Source: Oikopleura dioica
Lineage: Eukaryota; Animalia; Chordata
Reading direction: 5' to 3'
NCBI GenBank assembly: GCA_907165135.1
Contig: OU015568.1
Span: 13,020,001 to 13,084,000, forward strand
Length of the DNA stretch: 64,000 nucleotides
Position numbers and translations under genes: made by a program. The notes beneath the pieces were generated by a model that was not told the DNA's origin, searched no databases, and saw only the letters and a list, made by a program, of their open reading frames with translations. Shown here piece after piece: positions 23,501 through 35,782 of this stretch (position 1 is its first letter; every line of letters starts with the position of its first letter).

Positions 23501-26500
23501 TTATTCTCCTGTCAAACCTTTCGTGCAGTTTAGTTCCACAGGTGGCGTAATCCTTTATTGTTCCCATTGTTTTGCGCAAACAAATTTCGACAGAAAGTTT
23601 GTGAGTCTTAGGAGGGCTAAGCCTGTAAACATTTGGTCGGATGGGAATTTTGCTAACCAACGATAACATAATAATTGGAGAGCATAAAACTTCCTCTTTA
23701 AAAAGATGAGCAAACACCAAAAACCGTTTGATCCACAGATTCGAGTACTCACTGCATGTTTATTTATAAATCAATCAATTGCTGGTAATCACGTGATGGA
23801 ACTCCAACTCAAAGGCGCTACCGCGACTAAACTACCCTCTCCATCCAGTGTTTGAAAAAACCCGCCCGCCAACCCCGCGGGGGCCGCGGGCGGGGGCCAC
23901 GGGCGCCCGCGCCCCCCGTACCCGCAAGAAATCTCGGATTTGGCCCCCGCGCCCGCCCGCGCCCGCAGAAAATTTTTGATCTGGCCCCCGCGCCCTCCCG
24001 CGCCCGTGGAATTTTTTTTCGCGCCCGCGGGCGCCCGGGGCTCACCATATACTGAATAAAGCTAATTGAGAATGTTGGGCTTTCACCTAAAAAACTTTGC
24101 GTAAAATTAATGAGCCCCATTCCTTGATTATCAATAAAGAGATCCCCCCGCTTTGGCCGTCTTTGACTAGAAATTCAGCCGATTCGGATAATGAATCTAG
24201 ACGTACAATAGCAGTTCTTTAAAACAGAGAAATCAACCTTTCTCATTGCATTCTAAGCAATCGAGAGACCCCTAATTTGTAAATTATCGGGCCGTCTCAG
24301 CCCCGTTCCTTGATTTTTGATTTAGGGCTTGACGGCCCTTCGGGCCGTCTCAGCCCCGTTCCTTGATTTTTGATTTAAGGGGCTTGACGGCCCTTCGGGC
24401 CGTCTCAGCCCCGTTCCTTGATTTTTGATTTAAGGGCTTGACGGCCCTTCGGGCCGTCTCAGCCCCGTTCCTTGATTTTTGATTTAGGGGCTTGACGGCC
24501 CTTCGGGCCGTCTCAGCCCCGTTCCTTGATTTTTGATTTAAGGGGCTTGACGGCCCTTCGGGCCGTCTCAGCCCCGTTCCTTGATTTTTGATTTAAGGGC
24601 TTGACGGCCCTTCGGGCCGTCTCAGCCCCGTTCCTTGATTTTTGATTTAAGGGCTTGACGGCCCTTCGGGCCGTCTCAGCCCCGTTCCTTGATTTTTGAT
24701 TTAAGGGCTTGACGGCCCTTCGGGCCGTCTCAGCCCCGTTCCTTGATTTTTGATTTAAGGGGCTTGACGGCCCTTCGGGCCGTCTCAGCCCCGTTCCTTG
24801 ATTTTTGATTTAAGGGGCTTGACGGCCCTTCGGGCCGTCTCAGCCCCGTTCCTTGATTTTTGATTTAAGGGGCTTGACGGCCCTTCGGGCCGTCTCAGCC
24901 CCGTTCCTTGATTTTTGATTTAAGGGGCTTGACGGCCCTTCGGGCCGTCTCAGCCCCGTTCCTTGATTTTTGATTTAAGGGGTGACGGCCCTTCGGGCCG
25001 TCTCAGCCCCGTTCCTTGATTTTTGATTTAAGGGGCTTGACGGCCCTTCGGGCCGTCTCAGCCCCGTTCCTTGATTTTTGATTTAGGGGCTTGACGGCCC
25101 TTCGGGCCGTCTCAGCCCCGTTCCTTGATTTTTGATTTAAGGGCTTGACGGCCCTTCGGGCCGTCTCAGCCCCGTTCCTTGATTTTTGATTTAAGGGGCT
25201 TGACGGCCCTTCGGGCCGTCTCAGCCCCGTTCCTTGATTTTTGATTTAAGGGCTTGACGGCCCTTCGGGCCGTCTCAGCCCCGTTCCTTGATTTTTGATT
25301 TAAGGGGCTTGACGGCCCTTCGGGCCGTCTCAGCCCCGTTCCTTGATTTTTGATTTAAGGGGCTTGACGGCCCTTCGGGCCGTCTCAGCCCCGTTCCTTG
25401 ATTTTTGATTTAAGGGGCTTGACGGCCCTTCGGGCCGTCTCAGCCCCGTTCCTTGATTTTTGATTTAGGGGCTTGACGGCCCTTCGGGCCGTCTCAGCCC
25501 CGTTCCTTGATTTTTGATTTAAGGGGCTTGACGGCCCTTCGGGCCGTCTCAGCCCCGTTCCTTGATTTTTGATTTAGGGCTTGACGGCCCTTCGGGCCGT
25601 CTCAGCCCCGTTCCTTGATTTTTGATTTAAGGGGCTTGACGGCCCTTCGGGCCGTCTCAGCCCCGTTCCTTGATTTTTGATTTAAGGGGCTTGACGGCCC
25701 TTCGGGCCGTCTCAGCCCCGTTCCTTGATTTTTGATTTAAGGGCTTGACGGCCCTTCGGGCCGTCTCAGCCCCGTTCCTTGATTTTTGATTTAAGGGGCT
25801 TGACGGCCCTTCGGGCCGTCTCAGCCCCGTTCCTTGATTTTTTGATTTAGGGGCTTGACGGCCCTTCGGGCCGTCTCAGCCCCGTTCCTTGATTTTTGAT
25901 TTAAGGGCTTGACGGCCCTTCGGGCCGTCTCAGCCCCGTTCCTTGATTTTTGATTTAAGGGCTTGACGGCCCTTCGGGCCGTCTCAGCCCCGTTCCTTGA
26001 TTTTTGATTTAAGGGCTTGACGGCCCTTCGGGCCGTCTCAGCCCCGTTCCTTGATTTTTGATTTAAGGGCTTGACGGCCCTTCGGGCCGTCTCAGCCCCG
26101 TTCCTTGATTTTTGATTTAAGGGGCTTGACGGCCCTTCGGGCCGTCTCAGCCCCGTTCCTTGATTTTTGATTTAAGGGCTTGACGGCCCTTCGGGCCGTC
26201 TCAGCCCCGTTCCTTGATTTTTGATTTAAGGGGCTTGACGGCCCTTCGGGCCGTCTCAGCCCCGTTCCTTGATTTTTGATTTAAGGGGCTTGACGGCCCT
26301 TCGGGCCGTCTCAGCCCCGTTCCTTGATTTTTTGATTTAAGGGGCTTGACATAGGCTTGGAACATTGATTTGATCAATCTCAGTTCTGTCCCCAACCCCA
26401 CCCACACCCATTGTTTTAAAAAGTCAAATTATCTTAGTTTTTAGCTTAATTATGGTTTTTTTTAGATTTATTCTTCTTTAATTTGCAGATTAATATCCCT

Positions 26501-29500
26501 CGAACCCGCGGGGCCTGCGGGCGCGAGGGTAACGGGCGCCCCCTGCCCCCCGGGCGCCCGCGGGCGCGATTTTTCGCGCGGCCCCCGCCCGCGCCCCCCC
26601 GCACCCGCGCAAAATTTCGGAATCGGCCCCCGCGCTCGCCCGCAACCGCGCAAAATTTTGGGATCGGCCCCCGCGCCCGCCCGCGCCCGCAGAAAATTTT
26701 GAAATCGGCCCCGGCGCCCGCCCGCGCCCGCGGAAAATGTTGCGGGTTTTCAAACACTGTCTCCATCACCAGCAGTACAAATCCGTTGCCAAATAATCGC
26801 TTCTTTGAAGTCCCCTTTCTGGGTCAAAAATATCGTCTTCATTGCGCTGACCCCAAAATTTGACACATTTGACCTTTTACGCAAACTGAAAACGCGCAAT
26901 TTCTAATTGAAATTTCCAGCTTGCCAAACGAGCCAGAAAGAAGGGATTAGGCTTCAGAAGATTAAACGCCAGCTCAATCAAACAAGAGTCTTTATTTTAT
27001 TTTCCCATCGGAGCTCAAAGCAAACCGAATCAAAAGAACGGCTTAGTACAGTTGAGTTGTCTCTTTAGTGTAAGCCATTAATATGATGAGTTAAACGGCT
27101 GTTGAGCACTTATCACATCTCAGGGTAAGGCCGCAAAGGTCTTTTAATAAGAAAGTTGACTTACCGCAGAGCGGATGCACTAGAAACCCATTAGCATAGA
27201 AGAAACGTTCTTTATGAGCTGGAGCGGCAGATCATGGGAGTCGCGAAAAAGTGTAAGCAGTAAATACTGTATTTTAAGATAAAAAGCTTATTTCTTGATG
27301 ATTTTCCATTTCTTTTCAAATAGAACAGAAGCTCAAAAAATAATAATTCTGAGTATAACCGATAATTTATTGTATTACAGAGAGGAGTCACGTGCTTCGA
27401 GGATGTGGTTCTATAAGTCGTGGCATTAAGAACACTAAAAGGCCCTAAACAACTCAGCCTCTTCATTTACAGAAATGATGAGATCTGCTTATCACTTCTG
27501 CCGTCATCCCTTGACGAGCTGTAACTCCAGTGCGCAGAGTGAAAAACTAGGTTTTATTTTTTCAACGAGCACTTGATTGATACGAGTACAGATTTTGATC
27601 AAAAAAAAAGGCTGACGATGGACACATCGATGGACCCAGAGGGTAATGTGATGAAAGCATGGCCAGTTGTCGATCCCTCTTTTTCGCTTATCTGGCGAGG
27701 ATTCATTCAAAGTCGCTTTACTTCCGTCAAAATTTTTCAAAAGAAAAAAATTCTGAAAAAGTAGAGAATGGTAGAATTCACTCATTCAGAAGCAGGGTTG
27801 AAAATAGAAGGCCTAGAGCCATCAGAAACATTGCTCAGATTCAAGCTCAAAAAACGAAGGAGTATGATATTGAATTCATTTTTTATCAAATCTAACTTTT
27901 AATTCTAGCTTCCGATATTGAAGACAGAAAGAATGACATCTCAAAGAGCAATGGAAAAGGAGGAAACCCTCTGGTAAGTGCTTTACCCAAGATGATGGTA
28001 TTAAAGTAATTGTAGTTAATTCTCCTTCTGGTGTGCGTCATCCTCACCTGGGGTTTTGCTGCGACTCTGGTTTTCGATTTGGTCGACTACAAAGCGCTCA
28101 TCGGTAAGTCAAACGAGAACCGGTTATAAAACGGGCGGCGCTGGAATAATAAATGTGTAGACAAGGGAAAGAACATAGGAAGTGAGATCCAAGAGGAAGA
28201 CATAAAAACGCCGTCGGTGCGCTCTATCCCTTTCAATACGAAATCGTGCGACACCCGATTAGATCACTCGGCCAGGGACTGATAAACATTGATGATTATA
28301 TCACCGAGGCCCTAAGTCCGAGAAAGGGTAAGATAACCCAAAAAACCAACAGGGTTCAAGTGGCAATTTCAGATCCGTATCAGTTGACTGATAGCAGAAA
28401 ACCAGTGCCATCTTGTGGGGTGGTAAAAAGGGTCAAAAGGAGAGCAAGTAAGACGGATTTTTGTGTGCAGAGTTCTTCATAAAATTCTTAAAATTTGGTT
28501 TTGGAAGGGTTCTCCTGTGTGTCTTTGTGTGTTTGAATTTTCATAGTTTCTTCTCTCTTTATCAAAATAAAATTAGGTTGGGCCGATGAAGTCACTCAAG
28601 AAGAAGCTGTTCCGCAAAAACGTAAGTACCAAAAGACTTTTAAAATGATCAGCTACTCACCTTTGTCTTTCATAACAGGTGTGAAAGCGAACAAAACGAT
28701 TGAGTTTAAAAAGTATCCGAAGCTCTGAGCGAACTCTTTGTTTCAACTGTATATCTGTACATTTTCATTTACAAATTGATCAAGCTATCTGCCTGTTATG
28801 AGACATCTGTAGTATGTAAACGCCTTCTTTGATTTTCTAACAGAGTGGATAGTTTGCTCTCTTTGAGATTTATTCTAAAAATACACTACCTCTTCTCTGT
28901 TCTCTCTCATTTCTTTCTTATTCGAATAGAATCTTCCGTCGCTTCTTCTATCTCTCCAGTTTCCTCCTTGACTCCATCTTCTCCTACTCAAATCTATCCA
29001 GAGACCAAGATTAATGGAGTTTTACTGGAATCCAAAAATGATGATAAACCCGCGGAAGTTGTCGAGGAAACAAACATCAAAAACGTTTCCGAAGTCTCAA
29101 TCCTAAACATGGATATCGACGAGCACCCGGATGGCGTTACTGGCGACCTGCCAGGATCCGGAAATATTGACGACCCAACTGATCAGCTTGGTCTGACGAA
29201 ATCGACTCCTACCGGTTCCCAACGAGCGAAAAATCGAAGAGAGGTATCGGCTCGTAAACCTTCACCTGTTGCGAAGGCCGGAGCTTACGTCGGCGCTTTG
29301 CCAATTAACCCGTCAGTGCGAGCGCAGGTTAAATCAACGGAGAAAATAGGCAACGTCAGAAGAGGCACTTTGGAAGTTTCAATTGGAAATTTCAGAATCA
29401 TAAATCCTAAAGCACCCACTCAAGCTGCTGAGCAGGCATTATCCGTCTTTCGCCAGACGCTGGATAGTCATTATGCCAACACCCACAAGCACTTACTGTA

Positions 29501-32500
29501 TATGGGGCCAGCTGATACAGATAAAGTATGCCAAGCTCATTTGCCTTCCTACTTCGCCATTGAAAACATTATCCTGAACAAATATGCGGTCGCTTTAAAG
29601 TCCCGAAAAGTCAATGATGAAGGAATCCTCAAAGAGGGCGACCCCGATGAGCGTAACATTCTCAGAGGACACCCCACTGCGCCCTTGGAATTCGCCAATC
29701 GAGCGGCGAGTCCCCACAGCGATCTTGAAAGCGACGCCGTAAGCTCCACTTACGAATCTTCTCAAGGCTCGTCTGTCAGACGACCGGCCGTCGAGCTGAC
29801 CTCGATAGACAAAAATCCGATTTTGATCAAGACTGATCCGTTGCCTATCGCAGAAATGCACGAGGCAAACAAGAAGGCGACTTTGAATTTATCGCCGATA
29901 AATCGACCCGACGCACTTCAGAAAAGTGTCGACTTATCAAAGGAATTGGGCACCATGCCCGATGAGTACATAAAGATAACACTGGAAAATCCTGTAAGGA
30001 AGCAGCCAGTTGATGAAGTGGAATTAATCCAAAGGAAATGAGTTGTGAACCGACAGCAAAAAAATCTGAAAAGAAAGATGTGAAAACTCTCAAAAAGCAA
30101 ATACAAAGCACTGGATTTAGGTCTTTCAAACTTTGAGCGGAAGCAGTATCAGGAGGAGTTCAAGCCATACAAAGATAAACCGACTATTGTACGTCTAGTT
30201 TATCTTCGGTTTTAATATTGTATATTGTGAATTGGCAATGAACTGTGGAGGACAGGTGGAGGAAGTGAGAAAATCCGTCCGCCGGATTGCAGTTAGCTTG
30301 ATGGCGTCGAATAGAAGAGTGAACAAATCGCCAGCGGATGTTTCGGATCCAGTTAAACAGAAGGATTATCAAAGACAGGAAGCTGAAAAGAAAGAAATCC
30401 AATCTACCATAAAAACAACTCGAAGAGTGCCGAATTTCAGGAAAATTTCGAGTTACTTTTAGAGCATTAATTTTCAATAAGAGCAATTCAAATCTTTGAA
30501 AGAAAACTCGAGCGAACATGCCCAGATGCTCAAGCGCTTCAGTTTCATCGCCGACGTTTTGTGCCTATTGAAGATGTCGATCAAGTGCCTGCCGAGCAAA
30601 TCGAGAAAGTGGGTGACGCTCAAGCCGTCTCCTCTTCAACAGAAGAAGTCAAACAAGATGAAATTCAACAACAAATCGCCAAAATCCGCGACGCTAAGGC
30701 AAAACAATGGACGGAATACATAAAATCGGTGAAAACCACTTTCGGACTTTCGAAATCAGACGTGAAGGAAGATTCCTCTATGTCTGCCAAAATTTCGGAA
30801 GTGAATCGAAAGCACGGAAATTTGACTTGGCTGAGCCGGAACTATTTGTCGGAAAAATACTGCAACTTCACCAAGTTTCTTGGTCAGCTGCAAGCTGCCG
30901 GAGCTGCGTCTCACACAAACAGCGTCGATAAGACCCGTGGCAATAAACAAAGTCAAGCAAAGTCGAACAAATTTTGGACACAACTCGAGAAGGAAGTCAA
31001 AACAGTTTCAAAAGTTACCATCAACATCCTTGTTCAAAATGATGAGCTTCATGAGGTCCTCTTCAAGGCATTTTTTATTTTCACGTTGCTACTCAATTTA
31101 CTACTGTTTCTTGTTTGGAGAACAATAAAATACATTTGGTTTTAAAATTTGATCAAATTATAAGTTATGATTCGTCTTAAAAATTTACTGAATTCTATTC
31201 CTCACAGAAAGTTTAGCCATTGAAAAATATCCGATTCTCGGCGACATCCGGCCGGAAAAGAACTCACTGAGGCTCAAAATCGAGACTCATGCAAAGTCCG
31301 CCTCTGAATACATCTTCGAAGTTCGCCGGAAACGCGTGCTCAACAACGGCCATATAATCGGCCGTGCAACCGGTCCAAGCACAGAAGATACGTTCGAGGT
31401 TCCAGTTCCAACTGGAATATGGCTTGAAGAGGATTATGAAGTTTTAGTGCGCACTGATTTGTTTCCTTCTTCGGAGGTATACGATGTCCGGCCAGAAATC
31501 ATTCCCGAAGTTCTTTGGAAAGAAAGTGATGACTTCTTTTCCACTCTTGGCGCGAAGAGACTAATAACTGTGGATGAGCGAAAAGGGCACAAAGATTACT
31601 TGGAGTCAACAAAATCGCTGAAAACTCTAATCGAGGGATACCCAGGCGTTGCTTATGTTAAGTATTTGTATGGCGAAGCAATGAACAAACGAGCAGAACA
31701 CTTGAGAAGCAATGATGTACTACAGGAGGCAGTTAAAGTACTACAGGAAGTCGCAAATGATGAAAATGCTCTCCCAGATGTCAGGTAGAGAAGTTAATTT
31801 CACAAAAAGAGTAGACTTAATCTTTCTTCATAGAAATAAAGCAGCCGAATTAGCGGCTGATCGCCTTCGCTTTCTTGGCAAACGCGGTGGCGCTTTGAGA
31901 ATGGGAAGACTGCTTGTTGAATCCAATCCTACCCGTAATTTCAAGCATTTAAAAGACGTTGGTGTCACGTGCCTGATAATTGGGAAAAACGAAGAAGCTG
32001 AGGGCTATTTCCGAAGAGCTGTCGAGCAGGATCCCACAGATGGATTCGCCCTCGTACATTTGGGATTCGCGCTCAAGATGCAAAATAAATACGAAGAATG
32101 CCTGGCGCCCTTTGAAGATGGTGTGAAATCTCAAGAGCCTGGAACGGAAGAGTCAAAGTTTCGATACCACTGGGGCGATGCTCTCATGCGGCTAGGCCGA
32201 AAGCCCGAAGCCGATCAAATGTTTCAGGAAGCGGCCGAAGCCGGTGTGTTTTTGTCAAAATTCCAACGTTCGACATACAACATTGACCGGCTCACTGGAA
32301 GACCATATTGGGAAAAGTCACAATTAGATAAGACTCTCCAAGGTTACTGGACAAGGCTGGAGAAAAAATGGGAAATGATGAGAGATGAAGCGCTTGCGTT
32401 GATGGACGAAAACCACAATTTTCCAAATTTTGAAAAGGAAGCGGAAGGACTTCAAAAAGAAGGAGACTGGAGGCAATTCACTCTTTGGCAACAAGGAAGA

Positions 32501-32962
32501 AAACAAGAAAGAGAGTGCAAACTTACACCGAAAACATGCGCTCTTATTCAGGACATGAAAGAAGCTACGGGATGTAGAAGGGGTCAAATAAAATTCAGGT
32601 AAATCGTATCAGATTTACCCGACTCTAGTCCCTTTTTTAGTGTCATGAAAGAGGGTACCACTGTTTGGCCCCATACAGGTCCAACCAACTGCCGTCTACG
32701 CTTGCATCTCGGCCTTCGAGTGCCCGATGACTATGAAAAATTGAGTATCACTGTCGCTGGTAATCGAATTTCAAAATAATCAATCGCTAAAATTATTTCA
32801 GACCAAAAGCGACATTGGGAAAACGGAAAAGCATTCGTATTTGACGATTCCTTCGAACACTCAGTGGAACACAAAGGAAGCTCTTACAGATTAGTTCTGA
32901 TTTTCGACTTCTGGCATCCAGAGATGACTGAGCAAGAAAAACGTACTGTGACTGCAATTTGA
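17588..32962 (+). CDS. ASPH: Aspartyl/asparaginyl beta-hydroxylase locus (type II membrane, junctin/junctate-like isoforms); core 27768-32962, distal first exon 17588-17633 inferred
   Basis: TM exon 28016-28103 encodes LTWGFAATLVFDLVDYKALIG (ASPH/triadin N-terminal motif). A TPR-like region lies at 31850-32300. The catalytic domain has WPHTGPTNCRLRLHLGL and FDDSFEHSV...DFWHPE. Stop TGA at 32960-32962. Confidence 0.9.
19355..21926 (-). CDS. Orphan ~227-aa Ser/Asp-rich and coiled-coil protein, 4 exons (21926-21815, 20428-20095, 19642-19538, 19486-19355)
   Basis: All four exons have GT donors and AG acceptors with compatible phases. One extra A is needed in the run at 20370-20372. The C-terminal half reads DLKKELATLRTRNNGLHEQVSDMQVQMSSLQREIK. 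Confidence 0.6.
23846..26759. mobile_element. Non-autonomous hAT-like DNA transposon, 2914 bp
   Basis: TIRs CAGTGTTTGAAAA(AA)CCCGC at 23846 and the reverse complement ending at 26759. Perfect 8-bp TSD TCTCCATC (23838-23845 and 26760-26767). GC-rich subterminal repeats (CCCGCGCCCGCCCGCGCCCGC). No transposase ORF. Confidence 0.9.
24288..26350. repeat. Tandem array of 38 units of ~53-55 bp with an internal palindrome
   Basis: Unit CGGGCCGTCTCAGCCCCGTTCCTTGATTTTTGATTTAAGGGGCTTGACGGCCCTT, counted by hand. The last unit is truncated. Variation is almost only in homopolymer run length. Confidence 0.97.
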
Positions 32963-33115
32963 TTTTTAGGATTCTTTTAGATTTAAATTATATTTTATTT
33001 AATAACAGCATAGATAAACACTTCATACAATAAGAAGGTGCAATAAATGACAAGAATTGAAGTTTCACTCGCATTTAAATGCTTTATTTGAATAATTTAA
33101 AATAAGTTAAACAGT

Positions 33116-35743
33116 CTATTTTTTCTTAGAACTTTCGTTGGCAAGTTTTTGTTGGTATTTAGCAGCTAATTCTTCTATAACATCGTCTCGAGCGAGATCG
33201 TAATGAGAAAAGTCCATTGAAAATTCACCCTTTCCTTCGGTGCATCCTCTCAAACCAGCGGTAAAGCCGAACATGTCGTTTAGGGGAACTTGGCAGTAGA
33301 CCGTTTTATACTGAGAGAACATTCTATTTCTAAACAAAAATAAGGCGATTACCTGATTGTCGAGCTCGAATTCTTGAATATCAGCATGTTTTTCGTACAA
33401 ATACTTATTGACTCGATCGTCGAACTCTTGCGGATAAACAACTTCAACGTTCATAATTGGCTCAATTACAGCTTTGTTCGCTCTGTTCAAAATCTGCTCG
33501 GCACAGCCCTGGCCGCAAAGTTGGAATGAAATTTCAGAAGAATCAACCCTAGAAGAGAGGGTTATGACTATCTTTCGGATAAATAGCGAACCTGTGTTCA
33601 GCTCCATCGACAATGTCAATTTCAACTCCAACAACGGGTTCTCCAATTTGAGGTCCGGCGGCGAAAACCTCCTCCATGCCAGTGATAAGTGGCTTAACAT
33701 AGCCTCTTGATAAGTTTGTTCCAGTTAGTCTGTCGTTGAATATATTTTCGGTGTTCGACTAAAAGTATTCTCAATGTATGCGAATTTGTCCAGAGCATAC
33801 CTTGGCGTTGATATTAGCTTTACCAATTGCTCGACCATATTGACCACGTCCGCCGGACTGTCTCTTGTGTTGATAGTCAAAGTGGACCACTCCAGGTAAA
33901 ATCGTTTCACGGAAAGCGACCTAGAATAAAATAATACACAGACAAAAAATTTCAGTCGTTACCTTCGGCTGACCGAGCTCAACAGGGCAGTCATATTCAC
34001 GTTCCATTCGCTGCGCATAAATCTCAAGATGGAGCTCGCCCATTCCAGTCATGTGATACTCGCCAGATTCTTGGTCAAACACCCATGTGAAGGAAGGATC
34101 TTCGTTAGAGAAGCGGACCAGAGCTTTGAGGAAATTCTGAGTCGCTTTCTTATTCGTCGGCTAATTCAAAGTTTGATTGTTCTGTAATGGTCTTAGAGAT
34201 TACCTTGATTGACATCGAGACGACGCCCTTCGGTACATGAATACTTTCCATCGACAAGTGTTTCAGATCATTAACTGTAAAAGTATCTCCACTAGCGCAA
34301 TCGACTCCAAAAGTTGCAAAAATATCTCCAGCAAAAACTTCGTTCACATCAATCATGTCCGAAGCGTGCATTTTCACCAATCTTGAGATTTTCACTGGCT
34401 TCCCGGTTCTCGTATTCACTAGTGTTTGTCCTTTTTTCATGTATCCTTGGTACATTCTCATGTAAGTCAGCTGTCCAAATTTGGACTTTTCGAGTTTGAA
34501 TGCCAGCATTACGGGAGGATGAGCTTTTGAGCGTTCAGGAGACATTAATAGAGCTTCTGCTTCTTCTTCAGATCCTTCTGGCACTGCCTGGTTCGCAAAA
34601 TTGTCGACTTGATCTGGCTGGGGGAGAAAACGAACACAGGCGTCGAGAAGAAGCTGCACACCTTTGTTCTTCAAAGCAGATCCCATGAGAATCGGCTGGA
34701 AAGTTCTCGCAACAGTGCATCTTCTGACCGCGTCGTAGATTTGTTCATTAGTTGGAACCTCTTCCATTAAAAACAACTCTCCGATCTCATCGTCTACATC
34801 GGCCAAGCATCCTACTAACTCCTCGAATTTCTCCTGTCTCAATTCAGCAAATTCTTCCGGTACAGGCGCGCGTTTGATATTTTCACCATTGTCACCATGG
34901 AAATAAACGACTTCATTTTCGACGATATCAATCAAGCCTTCGAATTCTTTTTCCAGGCCAATATTGTAATACATAAACGCAGTATTGATACCAAGCTTTC
35001 TTCTCATTTGATTGATACATTTTTCAGGATTTGCACCCGTTCTGTCCAATTTATTGATAAAGACAACAAACGGGACATTATAACGTTTCATTTGGCGAAA
35101 AACTGTTAGAGTCTGAGATTGAACACCGCCAGAAGCACACACAATCAAGGCGGCACCATCTTTATCGAGGTTGTAGGACAAAGAACGCATGAGAAAGAAT
35201 TCAATGTGGGAGTCAATAAAAGTCAGTGATGACATTTGTCCTTTCAGAATCTGCAACTTGTTGGTTAGAAATGAGAAGCCTCGTCAATTTGGAAACTACC
35301 TACTCGACTTTAGTCTAGTTCAAGGTGACAGTATGGTACTGTAAGACAGTAGCAATGTCTATTACGTTCTTATTAGCAACCCTTCCTAGGACACGGAGAG
35401 ATCGCTCGACTTCAACGGTGAAATCAACGTGACCGGGTGTGTCAATGATATTAATGTCTGTTCCTTTCCAGTTTACAAACGTAGCCGCAGATTGAATCGT
35501 AATTCCTCTTTGTCTTTCGAGCTCCATCGAGTCCATCACGGCGCCGACGCCATCCTTGCCTCTTACTTCGTGCATTTCATCGATTCGCCCAGTGTAATAA
35601 AGAATTCTTTCTGTGACAGTCGTCTTTCCGGAGTCGATGTGCGCCGAGATTCCAATATTTCTCAGCTTTTCGAGCTGTGCTTGACTCTCTGCATTGTAAC
35701 GAAGAAAAAGAGCTCGATACGCATTAAACCCTCTCCTCAACAT
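33116..35743 (-). CDS. GFM1: Mitochondrial elongation factor G1
   Basis: Presequence-like N-terminus, [53 protein letters not shown] and [12 protein letters not shown]. Intron-containing. Confidence 0.96.
35160..35385 (-). other. Non-canonical GA-AG intron (GFM1 intron 1, 226 nt)
   Basis: Removal restores the conserved SLRVL-D-GA motif (CTA G|AT GGT). Confidence 0.85.
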
Positions 35744-35782
35744 TCTTTAAATATTTCTCGTTAAAAAGGTCATACTCATCTA

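Noticed and set aside
24288-26350. CRISPR array or series of rho-independent terminators
   Set aside because: The repeats are palindromic but the linkers are identical rather than unique spacers. There are no cas genes and the context is eukaryotic.
23827-26863. Arg/Gly/Pro/Ala-rich ORFs in the ORF track
   Set aside because: They are by-products of GC-rich subterminal repeats. No transposase motifs.
30441-30481. ASPH GA-AG intron, and ECI1 intron 53758-53638, as members of the inverted-repeat family
   Set aside because: The introns are plausible, but their inverted repeats are AT-rich, lack GG/CC and are off register. Not counted as support.
33116-35743. Bacterial EF-G or horizontal transfer
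   Set aside because: It has spliceosomal introns and a mitochondrial-type presequence, so it is ordinary nuclear GFM1.
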